Shown here piece by piece: positions 17,228 through 27,540 of a stretch of 42,133 nucleotides of DNA (position 1 is the first letter of the stretch; the number at the start of each line of letters is the position of its first letter). The position numbers and the translations under genes are program-made. Under the pieces are notes generated by a model. That model made no database searches, was not told the origin of the DNA, and was given only the letters and a program-made list of their open reading frames with translations. This DNA is from Bacteroidota bacterium (GTDB taxonomy: Bacteria; Bacteroidota; Bacteroidia; Bacteroidales; UBA1402), in NCBI GenBank assembly GCA_030706285.1, contig JAUZOU010000001.1, forward strand, positions 1-42,133, given 5' to 3'.

Positions 17228-19021
17228 TTATTTATAAGTTACTCTGATCCTTTCCCGTTCACGCTTATTCGACACAAAAAATGTAGAAACAGTCGTTTTG
17301 CCATCAAGCATAAAAAGGACAGGCTTACCATTGCAAGCCATCGTATTTACCTGACCAATTCCATGAATAATTATTTTCCAGGTTCTTTTTAGTGACATAC
17401 CTTTATACTGTCCTATCGTTGGAGCAATATTCAATACAAAATTTTCATTATCGGTCGACAACCTTATGATCGTCTTGGAAAAGGCACCTTTCAGATAGTC
17501 ATTGCTGCTACCATCATCTTCAATTAACGTAAACTCAGAACCTGCTCCCGGATAGACATGCAGGATTATGGTATCGTTCGTCCCTTTTTCAATAGACCGG
17601 GCATACGGACGCATTGGAATAACTGAACCTTGACGGACCATCAGCGGAATCTGCTCAATTGGCGCAGAGATGCTAAGATGTTTGCCACCATCCACTGTTT
17701 CATCTGTCCAAAAGTTCACCCACTTACCTGACGGCAACAGGCACTGTCTTTCCACCGAGTCACGCTCATAGACAGGTGCAACAAACAATTCGTTACCGAA
17801 TAAGTATTCGTATAGTTGCCCTGGTATTTTCCGTATCATAGGCCCACTTTTTAAACGTGCAAGCTGAGCATACGAATAAATATATGGGAACAATTCCATA
17901 CGTAAATGGCTGTATTGACGAAATAGTTTGTCCGCTCTTTTTGAATAACGATATGCCAAATTTGATGTAGGATTTTCAGGTTGAGAAAAAACTTCTACAA
18001 TCGGGCTGAATATTGAAAACTGCATCCAGCGGATATATAGAGACTCGTCCACTATATTTGTTCTTCCCCTATCAAATCCACCAAGATCATTGGTTAGGAA
18101 AGGAATTTTACTGCTGCGTTTCAATGGATCTGTGTACATAGCGATGTTTTCCTTAAGCCCTACGCGGGGAACCCAAGCATTAAAATCCTTTGTCGGTTGC
18201 TCTACCGTCCAATCCGAACGGGTATCGTCTGTCCATTTACCGGGGAAATGTTTATAAGCCTCTGTTTCCATACCACCAGTGTGCGAAAGAATGAACCCGC
18301 GTCCTTTGGTTTCTTTTCCAAACGTTTGAGTCATCTCAAACATAGCTTTACAAACAGGAATGGCTGAAGTCCGGTCCAATTTTATAAAGTCAGCTCCTTC
18401 ATCAAAAAAATGTTTCATTTGCTGTTTAAAATAAGCAACAGCTTCAGGATTATCAAAGTCAATGTTGCCGCATATGGTACCAGACTTATCGTCTTCCTTG
18501 GTCTGGAACATTGCCGTAGTTGAATCATTGTTATGCCATGGGCTGGTTTCAATATAAGTATTTTTAAAATAGCCTTTTCGCCGGAAATCATCGAAAGCTT
18601 TTTCGTTGCCTGTTTTAAAGATACAATCCCATATCCAAAATCCACCCTTAATATTCTTTTTCTCAAGATAGTCCCACATGGCTTTTCGATCAGGATAGTC
18701 AACCGTATCAGCAACAAAATCAATATACTGTTGCGGTCCCTTTCCATGATCAGCAAAGCTCCAAAACCATGAATCAATCCAGTATGAATCAACCGGATAA
18801 TCATGAGCCATTAGTTCATTAACTCGTTCAATCGTCTGTTTTTGGTTGGTATACCCACCGTAAAGTATACCAAAAGCCCATGAAGGAGGCAGTATCAGAT
18901 TAGTGTCCTGTCTATTATAAGATAGCGATGGCTTAACATGAATTTCTTTGGCCTGTACACCTGTTATAGACAGACTAATGTACAACAGCAGATAAACCGA
19001 TACGACTCGTATCTTTTTCAT
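17228..19021 (-). CDS. Glycoside hydrolase family 31 (short form), secreted
   Basis: 597 aa with a signal peptide. Motifs: YWIDSWFW, DFIKLDRT, KWTDDTRSDW (compare GH31 WxGDNxSxW), and a C-terminal LFVAPVYE...LPSGKWVNFWTDE...APIEQIPLMVRQGSVIPM. Confidence 0.8.
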   Translation of the reverse strand: MKKIRVVSVYLLLYISLSITGVQAKEIHVKPSLSYNRQDTNLILPPSWAFGILYGGYTNQKQTIERVNELMAHDYPVDSYWIDSWFWSFADHGKGPQQYIDFVADTVDYPDRKAMWDYLEKKNIKGGFWIWDCIFKTGNEKAFDDFRRKGYFKNTYIETSPWHNNDSTTAMFQTKEDDKSGTICGNIDFDNPEAVAYFKQQMKHFFDEGADFIKLDRTSAIPVCKAMFEMTQTFGKETKGRGFILSHTGGMETEAYKHFPGKWTDDTRSDWTVEQPTKDFNAWVPRVGLKENIAMYTDPLKRSSKIPFLTNDLGGFDRGRTNIVDESLYIRWMQFSIFSPIVEVFSQPENPTSNLAYRYSKRADKLFRQYSHLRMELFPYIYSYAQLARLKSGPMIRKIPGQLYEYLFGNELFVAPVYERDSVERQCLLPSGKWVNFWTDETVDGGKHLSISAPIEQIPLMVRQGSVIPMRPYARSIEKGTNDTIILHVYPGAGSEFTLIEDDGSSNDYLKGAFSKTIIRLSTDNENFVLNIAPTIGQYKGMSLKRTWKIIIHGIGQVNTMACNGKPVLFMLDGKTTVSTFFVSNKRERERIRVTYK

Positions 19022-19059
19022 AAGCTCCTTCCAATTAAATCATTATGGCCATCCACATT

Positions 19060-21504
19060 CTATTGTTTGTTAAACGAAACAGCCCATTCAACCCGGCCGG
19101 ATGCCCCAAAATGCAAATCGATTCTCAACAGGTGGTTGTTGACTTTTTTTACAGAAAAACCAGTGAAATCGTCATACATTTTTCGTTGCCTGGGTGACCA
19201 ATCATAGGCATCCGGTATATAGACAATCACGCTATATGAGGTATTTGCTGGCCCGACTGAAATGCCTGACAGGCTATTTTTTTCGAAATTGAAACTGACA
19301 TCTTTCAATTCAACAGCACCTTGCATGATATGCCTGCTGGTAGAGATCACTTGAGGAATATTCTTTTTTTCATGAAAACTTAACAGGGTCACGCTGGCTG
19401 GATCAATATGAATGGTCATTGAATCTATGACTTCTCCTAAAAACTGTTCTTTCCAAAAATCATAACATAGATATATCTTATCTGGATCAAGCCACAATCG
19501 CTTTAGCGAAATGTGACGTTGAACATCGGTTGTCAAATCAGGATTAAAAAAACCAGCCACCGTCCATTCTCCAAAAGAACGTTTAATCGTTGAAGCAAAG
19601 GCTGTTTGAGGATCATCATCAAATAAATCGATAGGCCTTGCCAATGAATTGGCCGATGGAAACGCCTTTTTTAAGATTTCCAATTTCGTTTTATCCAATG
19701 TCACAAGTCTGTCTCCTGACATCGTGTTTCCACCACTTAAAGCGATTATTGAAGCTGCTGCCTGAGATTGATGTGGGGAAAGCATATCCATGCAAAGATG
19801 ATCGATATCATTCGTCCAAACGGTATGATGGAAAAAATAACGTTTTCCTAAAGCCCCTGCACTGGAAGACGATCCGATAAAATATTGCTTCCACGCATCA
19901 GCGGAATAGCCATAATTCTGATCGTATTCTATCCGCATACTATTCAACAGGCCCGCGGTCACTTGACCAGGTCCACAATCGAGTATATGGCAGCTATCTC
20001 CAGCAACTTTGCGCATGATCTCAAAGGCTTTTCTATAGACCATTGCCGGAGTATACGAAGCATTATAGAAGTGATGTGCAGAAAAAACCGTCCATGCCAC
20101 AAAATCGACTTTTATCAGTTGATATCCCCAATTATTTGCAATTGTATCGATCAAGTCAGTAAACCATTTTTCAGCTTCAGGATGTGTAATGTCTAAGCAA
20201 TAGCGCTTTGGTTGTTCAGATTTAAACCAATCCGTATTCTCTCCTGGCCATGGACCGATTCGCTTTAGTGAACCATCTTCGTTTTTCAGAAACCAATCGG
20301 GATGCTCTTTAAAAACAGCCGTCGTGTCTGAAACGACAAACGGAGCAATCCAAATGCCTGGTTTTAGACCTACATCTTTAATTTTTTGAGCAAGCCATTT
20401 CATTCCATGTGGAAAACGAGCATTTCCCTCCCAATCGCCATGAAACTTCTGGTAGCCTTCATCTATTTGAATATACTCCAATCCGTATTTTCTTAAATAG
20501 TTAGAAGCAAACTCGGCGTTTCGAACAATCTCTTCTTCCGTGTAATCATCTAAGGTATAAAACCAATTGCACCAACCATTTACCGGTGAACTGACTTTGC
20601 TTCCATTTACTTTACCAACAGTCTCCGCATAATCCTCCAGCGACCTATAAGGATTGGGAGCAATATTGATCATGACTTTATCAGAACTGATTGTTTGATT
20701 CTTCTTCAAACTAAAACCTTCGTCGTAGACTGACTCTACAACAAAAGAAAGCTGATCACGTCCTGTCTTTAATAATTGTATTCTACCCAGGCTAACCTGA
20801 TTTTCAATATAACCGATTGACATCCCATTGTTATCATACCCGCTAAACAATCCGAGATTCCACCAACTTTGCACGGTTTCATCATTCAAGGACAATGAAT
20901 TAGGTTGCATGATCCCACCTTTGGTCTCACCATAAGGAGTACTTTTTATATAGGGTGTTCCCAAAGTATGTATGGAACCTGCATCATAATACATAGCTCC
21001 ATTCAAAAGGCATTTTGATGCATTTGGGTAATATAGTGATCCAGCCTCGGCCTTAAGTACCCTTAACGGCTCAATGCTTTTAATCTGAATGGCTTCTGAA
21101 GAACTATTTTTACAAATGGTTTCAAAAACGATGAACTGATGTCTGTCATAAAGAGCAATGCGCCATTCAATAGTCAGCTTCTTCGTGTTGTCGGTACCAA
21201 ATAAGCTAACTCGTTTTCCCGAACCAATCTTATCGTTTATGGTTACAACTTTCGTCTTTTTGTCATTAAACGTGTAATTCGGAGCTAATGTTGTCTGAGT
21301 ACCATAATTGGTATTGATTGCACTTGTCGCACCTGATATAAACGGTTCATTTGTAGCCTTATCAATCATCAACTGATTTGTCCTGTAATTAAATTTTACA
21401 ACAAAAAAGTCATTTTTTGCAATGGATTTTTGACTGTTTGAAGCTACTACCTGAAACATACAAAATAGAAATACAGATGTAAAATAATAATAATGTTTCA
21501 TCAC
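19060..21504 (-). CDS. Clan GH-D alpha-galactosidase-like glycoside hydrolase (GH36/GH27-like)
   Basis: 814 aa with a signal peptide. NGWCNWFYTL, IQIDEGYQ, GLKPGIWIAPF, LIKVDF and WTNDIDHL fit the melibiase-type TIM barrel with an N-terminal beta-sandwich. Confidence 0.6.
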   Translation of the reverse strand: MMKHYYYFTSVFLFCMFQVVASNSQKSIAKNDFFVVKFNYRTNQLMIDKATNEPFISGATSAINTNYGTQTTLAPNYTFNDKKTKVVTINDKIGSGKRVSLFGTDNTKKLTIEWRIALYDRHQFIVFETICKNSSSEAIQIKSIEPLRVLKAEAGSLYYPNASKCLLNGAMYYDAGSIHTLGTPYIKSTPYGETKGGIMQPNSLSLNDETVQSWWNLGLFSGYDNNGMSIGYIENQVSLGRIQLLKTGRDQLSFVVESVYDEGFSLKKNQTISSDKVMINIAPNPYRSLEDYAETVGKVNGSKVSSPVNGWCNWFYTLDDYTEEEIVRNAEFASNYLRKYGLEYIQIDEGYQKFHGDWEGNARFPHGMKWLAQKIKDVGLKPGIWIAPFVVSDTTAVFKEHPDWFLKNEDGSLKRIGPWPGENTDWFKSEQPKRYCLDITHPEAEKWFTDLIDTIANNWGYQLIKVDFVAWTVFSAHHFYNASYTPAMVYRKAFEIMRKVAGDSCHILDCGPGQVTAGLLNSMRIEYDQNYGYSADAWKQYFIGSSSSAGALGKRYFFHHTVWTNDIDHLCMDMLSPHQSQAAASIIALSGGNTMSGDRLVTLDKTKLEILKKAFPSANSLARPIDLFDDDPQTAFASTIKRSFGEWTVAGFFNPDLTTDVQRHISLKRLWLDPDKIYLCYDFWKEQFLGEVIDSMTIHIDPASVTLLSFHEKKNIPQVISTSRHIMQGAVELKDVSFNFEKNSLSGISVGPANTSYSVIVYIPDAYDWSPRQRKMYDDFTGFSVKKVNNHLLRIDLHFGASGRVEWAVSFNKQ

Positions 21505-21633
21505 GTTCCGTATAATAAAAGGGATAAACCAGCGGGAAAGCCCTGAACCAATGATTCCGCGGCAAGGGCCGTAGAATCCAACCTTTATAAATTAGATTTA
21601 AACCAATGGATCTACAATAATCATATCGGCCAA

Positions 21634-23613
21634 TTAGTGTTTCATAACATCAATTGTGTATTTCTCCCCTTTTGTTTGTGTTTTCCATTCATCTGTCCTG
21701 AATGGAATTGCAGGAAAGCCTTCTTTATTATACAGGTTGCAATCACTAGCATCACCAACCCACCCATAATGTACAGCAATCGGCCTGGACACCTTCTCGG
21801 AAGAAAGCACCACTTGATTGTCCTTTATAAATGCTTTGGCAAAATAAAACACATGATCACTCCCTGCGATTTCAAACCCTTTTAGATAGCCGTATTTATC
21901 CGGTGTATAGAGCCCTGTTCCAATATGGTCAAACGAAAGCATTATCTCATTTCCTTTAATTTCCATCGATTGATATGCTGGCCCGGAACAAATCATTTTT
22001 TTGTTGTAAATAGCATTAAAGGCAATGGCAGCCAGCCGTTTACCAACATCCTGTTTATTAACGGGATGAATATTCGTTGGATTTCCAATGTCTGTAGTGA
22101 CACACATTCCAGTATTTGACACTGATAATGTCCTGGTTTGCGCTTCTCTCAACTCTGCCCAAGCACAACCGTCGTTGCTGTTGCCAGGTGTATTGTACGT
22201 TGCCAATTGCACATAATAGAACGGCATATCAGGCTCCTGCCATTTTTGTCTCCAGTCTTGGATCAATAGCGGGAACGCTTTTCGATATTGAAATGCTCGA
22301 TTTGCATTAGCCTCGCCCTGATACCACAAGACACCTCGAAAGGCATATGGAATCAATGGTGCAATCATCGAATTATAGCAAAGAGATGGAAGCGAGTTCT
22401 GATTGGTACCCTCTTGAACGGATGCAACCTGAAACTTCCATTGTCCGGCTAATGGAATAGTCTTGCTGCCTAGTGTTAATCTTACTTCAGCCGGTTCACC
22501 ATAAATACCGCCACCACCACCCGTATCCAAAACTCTTACAGCAATGATATTTCTCCCCTCTTTCAATAGCCCATTGGCTACTGCATATTTTCTTGGAGTC
22601 GAATACAAATTCGTACTCCCGACCAAAACACCATTTATATAGGTACTGTCTTCGTCATCAATTGTTGATAATTCAAGCACAGCATTCTTGCAGGCATCTT
22701 CCTTTGTTAACACAATCGTTTTTCGAAGCCAAACCACTCCATCGATCTCGCCTATACATTGTTGTTCCCATAATTGTGGTTCATATAACTCAGGCCATCT
22801 GGTATCATCAAATGCAAATTCTTTAAACAAGTTTGCATGGACAGAGCGAGGGTTGATACCCTGCAGCACTTCAATCCTTTTTAATGTAGCCTCTGCTTTC
22901 AATTGGTTCAACGAATCCAAACTAATCTTGGGCATTCCGGCAATCATTTCTCTAAATTCGTTAGAGTTTTCAAAACCTTCCCGGCTAATCCAAGTCTCAA
23001 TATTCGTGCCCCCCCAGCAATCATTAATCAAGCCAATAGGTATATTAAGGCTATCACAAAGGTTTTTGGCGAAAAAATAAGCTACACCTGAAAAGTCTGC
23101 AACCGTCGTAGAATCACAGATTTTCCACCCGGTTGTATTAAGGTTTGTCTCAGGTAAGGAATTAATTGAATGCAAAATTTTAACCTGACGGATTAAAGGA
23201 TAATTGGCAGCAGCAATTTCCGATCGATAATTGGCAACGCCGGATTGCCATCCTCCCAAATTGCCCACCGTAAATTCCATATTGGATTGACCAGAGCACA
23301 GCCAAACTTCACCAACGAGAATATTATGAATTCGTAGTGTGTTTTTACCTTTTATGACCAGACAATACGGCCCCCCTGCTTTTTCAGGAGCCAAATTCAC
23401 CATCCATTTCCCATTTTTGTCTGCCTTGATCGATTTGGCCTGTTTATTAAACCGTACAAGAATCTTTTCATTGGCACTTGCCCATCCCCAAACAGGAATC
23501 CGGACATTTCGCTGCAAAACCATGTTATCGGAAAACAGGTTAGGCAAAGCTACCTGCGAAAAAATGGAAAGACTGACCAGCAAAGAAAATGCTGTAAATA
23601 GAAATTTTTTCAT
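21634..23613 (-). CDS. SASA-domain (sialate-O-acetylesterase-like) carbohydrate esterase with an inserted galactose-binding-like domain
   Basis: LPNLFSDNMVLQR...PVWGWA...GEVWLCSGQSNMEF (GQSN nucleophile context)...WGGTNIETW, plus the insert VVWLRKTI...STYINGVLVG. The start is placed at MKKFLFTAF (23613) so that it does not overlap the upstream GH5 gene. Confidence 0.8.
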   Translation of the reverse strand: MKKFLFTAFSLLVSLSIFSQVALPNLFSDNMVLQRNVRIPVWGWASANEKILVRFNKQAKSIKADKNGKWMVNLAPEKAGGPYCLVIKGKNTLRIHNILVGEVWLCSGQSNMEFTVGNLGGWQSGVANYRSEIAAANYPLIRQVKILHSINSLPETNLNTTGWKICDSTTVADFSGVAYFFAKNLCDSLNIPIGLINDCWGGTNIETWISREGFENSNEFREMIAGMPKISLDSLNQLKAEATLKRIEVLQGINPRSVHANLFKEFAFDDTRWPELYEPQLWEQQCIGEIDGVVWLRKTIVLTKEDACKNAVLELSTIDDEDSTYINGVLVGSTNLYSTPRKYAVANGLLKEGRNIIAVRVLDTGGGGGIYGEPAEVRLTLGSKTIPLAGQWKFQVASVQEGTNQNSLPSLCYNSMIAPLIPYAFRGVLWYQGEANANRAFQYRKAFPLLIQDWRQKWQEPDMPFYYVQLATYNTPGNSNDGCAWAELREAQTRTLSVSNTGMCVTTDIGNPTNIHPVNKQDVGKRLAAIAFNAIYNKKMICSGPAYQSMEIKGNEIMLSFDHIGTGLYTPDKYGYLKGFEIAGSDHVFYFAKAFIKDNQVVLSSEKVSRPIAVHYGWVGDASDCNLYNKEGFPAIPFRTDEWKTQTKGEKYTIDVMKH

Positions 23614-23623
23614 CTGTACCCTC

Positions 23624-25258
23624 TCATTTATATACATTAATCCAATCAAACTCGATGTTTCCGTTCTTCACGTAAATCTTAATCTTGTTTTCTCCCTGTA
23701 GAAAGCGTTGTGGCTTTAGATTTAACTCCATCCATTCAGTATTGGATATCCTGATGCCAGCAGGTTTCCCGTTGACGAATAAGGTAACAGATGCGGGTTT
23801 GCCTACAGCTTTAACCTTTACAGCCATGTTGTATTTCTTGTTTTCAACAGACTTTACCCGATAGGACGTCCATTCATGATCGCTCAGTGTTATGGCCTGT
23901 TCAGAAGCCAGTGATGTTGAGTCATTTTTGATCAAAACAATCTTAACCGGTTCCATTATCCTGTAAAAGGAGGACTTGGTCAGTGTATCCTTAACAAAAT
24001 AGGACTTCATATAACCTTCCTGCCCATAATTTTCAGCCTCGATTTTTAAGGGAAGACGGCGTAACATAGAATTGACAACATCCGGGAAAAAATCACAATT
24101 TTCGATCTTGATGTTTTCCAGGAATTGATTAAAAATCTTTTCTGGATCTTTTGCCACATCTTTGCCTGCTTCTGAATAGGCAATCACCTTATCCCAGCCT
24201 TCAGGTGGCTTGATAGAATACGGAGTATTCCTGGTATCCATCTTCTTCCATGGCCAAAAAGACCATCCAATATTATTTTGTTCAAAGAGTTGAGTGGTTG
24301 CAAAATATATCGCATTATTCTTTTCGCCAGTTTCACCGACCCAAACAGGGGCGTTCAACTGATCTCTTTTATGCAGGTAATAGTTAATGTCACTAAGGTT
24401 ATCTGGACGACTCCAGCAATAATAATGGAATTGAAAAAATAGATTCGGATCTAAAGGCCTAGTGAATACAGACCAATTACCCGCCCAATTATAACCCTCC
24501 AAGGTGAACATATGCTTTTTGTCAACGGCACGAATGGCCTTTATTAGTCGTTCATAAACAGGTATAAGACTGTCCTTGTATAATTTGTCGGCACCGGTGC
24601 ATTCCGGAATCGGCTCATTTAACAAGTCATAAGCAGCAACCGTCGGCTCGTCTTTATATCTTCCTGCAATTTTCACCCATAATTTAACCAAAAGTTCTTC
24701 ATTTTTGGGGTCAGAAAACAGTTCACATTTATCGTTTTGGCTGTCATCGATATTTGCTCCGGTTTGCCCTCCAGGAGCCGCATGCATGTCAATGATCACG
24801 TATAAATGATATTTTTTGCACCACTTGATCAGGTTGTCCAGCAGCTGAAATCCTTCATCTACAAATTGGTTGTCATCACCTTCTGTAAGAAACCGGCGAG
24901 CATTCAAGGCAGGTCTCACTGAATTAAAACCAAGTTCAGAAATACGCTTAATGTCGGCTTCTGTTATGTAGTTTTGGCGATAGGTTTTAAAGAATCGATC
25001 GGCTTGCTCTTTTCCAAGATGATCAGCCACTAACCTTTCTATGGTTCTTGGACGGTCTCCATATCCTCCGAATTTCCACATATAGCCTTCAGGGAGCAAC
25101 CAGTTCCCAAGCCCAACTCCCTGAAAATAAACCTTCTGTCCATTTTCATTAACAATATCCTGTCCCTGAACATGTAAAAACGATTGAGCGTAGACGCTAC
25201 CGCTCAGACAGAGCAACACGATGATGATATAGACAAATTTCTTCATATATTGTTTCAT
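23624..25258 (-). CDS. Glycoside hydrolase family 5 with C-terminal CBM6/35-like module
   Basis: Signal peptide. GFNSVRP, IIDMHAAPGGQ, YDLLNEP (acid/base), VWVGETGE (nucleophile). The C-terminal module starts at KIEAENYGQEGY. Confidence 0.85.
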   Translation of the reverse strand: MKQYMKKFVYIIIVLLCLSGSVYAQSFLHVQGQDIVNENGQKVYFQGVGLGNWLLPEGYMWKFGGYGDRPRTIERLVADHLGKEQADRFFKTYRQNYITEADIKRISELGFNSVRPALNARRFLTEGDDNQFVDEGFQLLDNLIKWCKKYHLYVIIDMHAAPGGQTGANIDDSQNDKCELFSDPKNEELLVKLWVKIAGRYKDEPTVAAYDLLNEPIPECTGADKLYKDSLIPVYERLIKAIRAVDKKHMFTLEGYNWAGNWSVFTRPLDPNLFFQFHYYCWSRPDNLSDINYYLHKRDQLNAPVWVGETGEKNNAIYFATTQLFEQNNIGWSFWPWKKMDTRNTPYSIKPPEGWDKVIAYSEAGKDVAKDPEKIFNQFLENIKIENCDFFPDVVNSMLRRLPLKIEAENYGQEGYMKSYFVKDTLTKSSFYRIMEPVKIVLIKNDSTSLASEQAITLSDHEWTSYRVKSVENKKYNMAVKVKAVGKPASVTLFVNGKPAGIRISNTEWMELNLKPQRFLQGENKIKIYVKNGNIEFDWINVYK

Positions 25259-25264
25259 CCTTAA

Positions 25265-27493
25265 TTAGTTTAAAAGTTCAAAACTATCTTTCAATCGAAT
25301 GTCTGCTGAGGAAGCACCAATCATAACATCAAATTCACCCGGTTCGGCAACCCATTCCAACCGCTGATTATAGAAGGACAATTTTTCTTTGTCAATGCTA
25401 AAGGTAACAGTTTTCGATTCTCCGGCATTGAGGTGAATCTTGATAAAATCCTTCAGTTCCTTTACAGGGCGAACAATTGAGCCGACTTTGTCTCTGATGT
25501 ATAATTGAACGATCTCTTCTCCGGCGTACTTTCCGGTATTGGTAATTATGGCTGACACTCCGATTTTTCCGTTTACATTCATGGTTTTCGCCGTCATCTT
25601 TAGATCACTATACTGATAGGTTGTATAACTCAGGCCATAGCCAAATTCATAGTTTGGATAAATTGATAAATCCGTATAGGCCGATCGATAATTTCTATCT
25701 TCGTCATTAGTTGCAGGTCTACCTGTATTGAAATGACTGTAATAAATAGGGATCTGTCCCACACTGCGTGGAAACGTGATCGGCAGTTTGGCTGATGGAT
25801 TATAATCACCAAACAGCACATCCGCAATAGCATTGCCCGCTTCACTACCTAACCACCAGGTATACAAAATAGCAGGAACACTATCGGTAATGTAATTAAA
25901 AACCAATGGCCGGCCAGCATTGATAAGTACAACCACAGGTTTCCCTGTAGCCATGATCGCTCTGACCAGTTCTTCCTGTACACCTGGTAGAGTAATGTTG
26001 CTTCGACTTTTGGCTTCACCGCTCATATCTCTCCGTTCGCCAATGCTTAAGATAACAACATCTGCCTGTTTGGCTGTTTCAACAGCCTTGGCAAATCCTG
26101 ATTGATCGTTTCCTTCTATCTCACACCCTTTTGCATAAAGTAATTTAGTGGATTGTCCAACTTTATTCTGCAAACCTTGCCATTGTGATACAATAAAAGT
26201 AGAATCTGTATTGGGTACGTCAATATCCCAGAATCCTTTGTTTTGTTTAAGCGATTTTACCAAAGGGCCGATAAAGGCAATCGTTTTTAGCTCTTTCGAT
26301 AAAGGCAGCAGTTGATTTTCATTTTTAAGTAACACGATGGATTTTTCGGCCATTTGCCGGGCTATTTTTGAATGTTCAGGATCGTTCAACGCAGCCTTTT
26401 CTCTATCGGCATTGCAAAACCTGTATGGATCATCAAACAAACCAAGCTCGAACTTTTTCCTAAGAATGCGTCTGACTGCATCATCAATCAATGAAACGTC
26501 GATTTTCTTATCTTTAACCAATTGTTCCAGATTGTTTTTATAACATCTGCTTTCCATATCCATGTCACATCCTGCTGTAATGGCAGAAAGTGCCGCCTCG
26601 TATTCATCTTTTACATTCCCATGATTGATCATTTCTCCAATAGACCCCCAGTCGCTCACGACAAAACCGTCAAATCCCCATTTTCCTTTCAAAATATCGC
26701 GTTGTAAATATTTATTACCGGTAGCAGGTACTCCATTTAAATCATTAAATGAATTCATAATAGTGGAAACACCAGCGTCCACAGCCGCTTTAAAAGGAGG
26801 AAGATACACTTCCCAAAGCAAACGGTTACTCATATCCACTGAATTGTAATCTCTGCCACCAATTGCAGCGCCATAAGCTGCAAAATGTTTGGCACAAGCC
26901 ATTAACGAGTTTACACTTCCCAATTTTTCACCTTGAAATCCTTTCACCCGTGCATAGGCAATTCTCGAGCCCAAATATGGATCTTCACCAGCGCCTTCCA
27001 TTACTCTTCCCCAACGTGGATCCCTGGCAATATCGACCATTGGCGCAAACGTCCAGTTAATTCCGCTGGCACTTGCTTCGATTGCGGCAATTCTTGCCGA
27101 TAATTCAATGGCGCTCAAATCCCAACTTGCAGCTTCGGCTAATGGAATTGGGAATGTGGTTTTAAATCCATGAATCACATCTTGTCCGAACAACAGTGGG
27201 ATTTTTAAACGGGATTGCATGGCCATTTTCTGCCAACTTCGCACCCGTGCCGTACCTAAACAATTTAATAATGAACCGACTTGTCCATTCCTAATCTGGG
27301 CGGCTTTTTCATTATCAACAGTCACCGGACCAGTAGATGTCCAATCATCATTATATTGGTTCATCTGACCGATTTTTTCTTCAATAGTCATTTTCTTTAA
27401 TAATGCATCCACCTTCTGATCGATAGACTTCTGTGGAAAGATGCTGACTGAGAATGTAAGGAAACTGACAATAAAAACACTTTTCTTGCTCAT
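25265..27493 (-). CDS. Glycoside hydrolase family 3 beta-glucosidase (BglX-like)
   Basis: MTIEEKIGQMNQ, KHFAAYG, GFVVSDWGS (nucleophile Asp), and a C-terminal Fn3-like domain. The start is placed at MSKKSVFIVSF (27493); the track starts at 27532. Confidence 0.9.
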   Translation of the reverse strand: MSKKSVFIVSFLTFSVSIFPQKSIDQKVDALLKKMTIEEKIGQMNQYNDDWTSTGPVTVDNEKAAQIRNGQVGSLLNCLGTARVRSWQKMAMQSRLKIPLLFGQDVIHGFKTTFPIPLAEAASWDLSAIELSARIAAIEASASGINWTFAPMVDIARDPRWGRVMEGAGEDPYLGSRIAYARVKGFQGEKLGSVNSLMACAKHFAAYGAAIGGRDYNSVDMSNRLLWEVYLPPFKAAVDAGVSTIMNSFNDLNGVPATGNKYLQRDILKGKWGFDGFVVSDWGSIGEMINHGNVKDEYEAALSAITAGCDMDMESRCYKNNLEQLVKDKKIDVSLIDDAVRRILRKKFELGLFDDPYRFCNADREKAALNDPEHSKIARQMAEKSIVLLKNENQLLPLSKELKTIAFIGPLVKSLKQNKGFWDIDVPNTDSTFIVSQWQGLQNKVGQSTKLLYAKGCEIEGNDQSGFAKAVETAKQADVVILSIGERRDMSGEAKSRSNITLPGVQEELVRAIMATGKPVVVLINAGRPLVFNYITDSVPAILYTWWLGSEAGNAIADVLFGDYNPSAKLPITFPRSVGQIPIYYSHFNTGRPATNDEDRNYRSAYTDLSIYPNYEFGYGLSYTTYQYSDLKMTAKTMNVNGKIGVSAIITNTGKYAGEEIVQLYIRDKVGSIVRPVKELKDFIKIHLNAGESKTVTFSIDKEKLSFYNQRLEWVAEPGEFDVMIGASSADIRLKDSFELLN

Positions 27494-27540
27494 ATGAGTA
27501 TTAGATTTGATAACTTTCAGGCTTAAATTCACTCACGATC

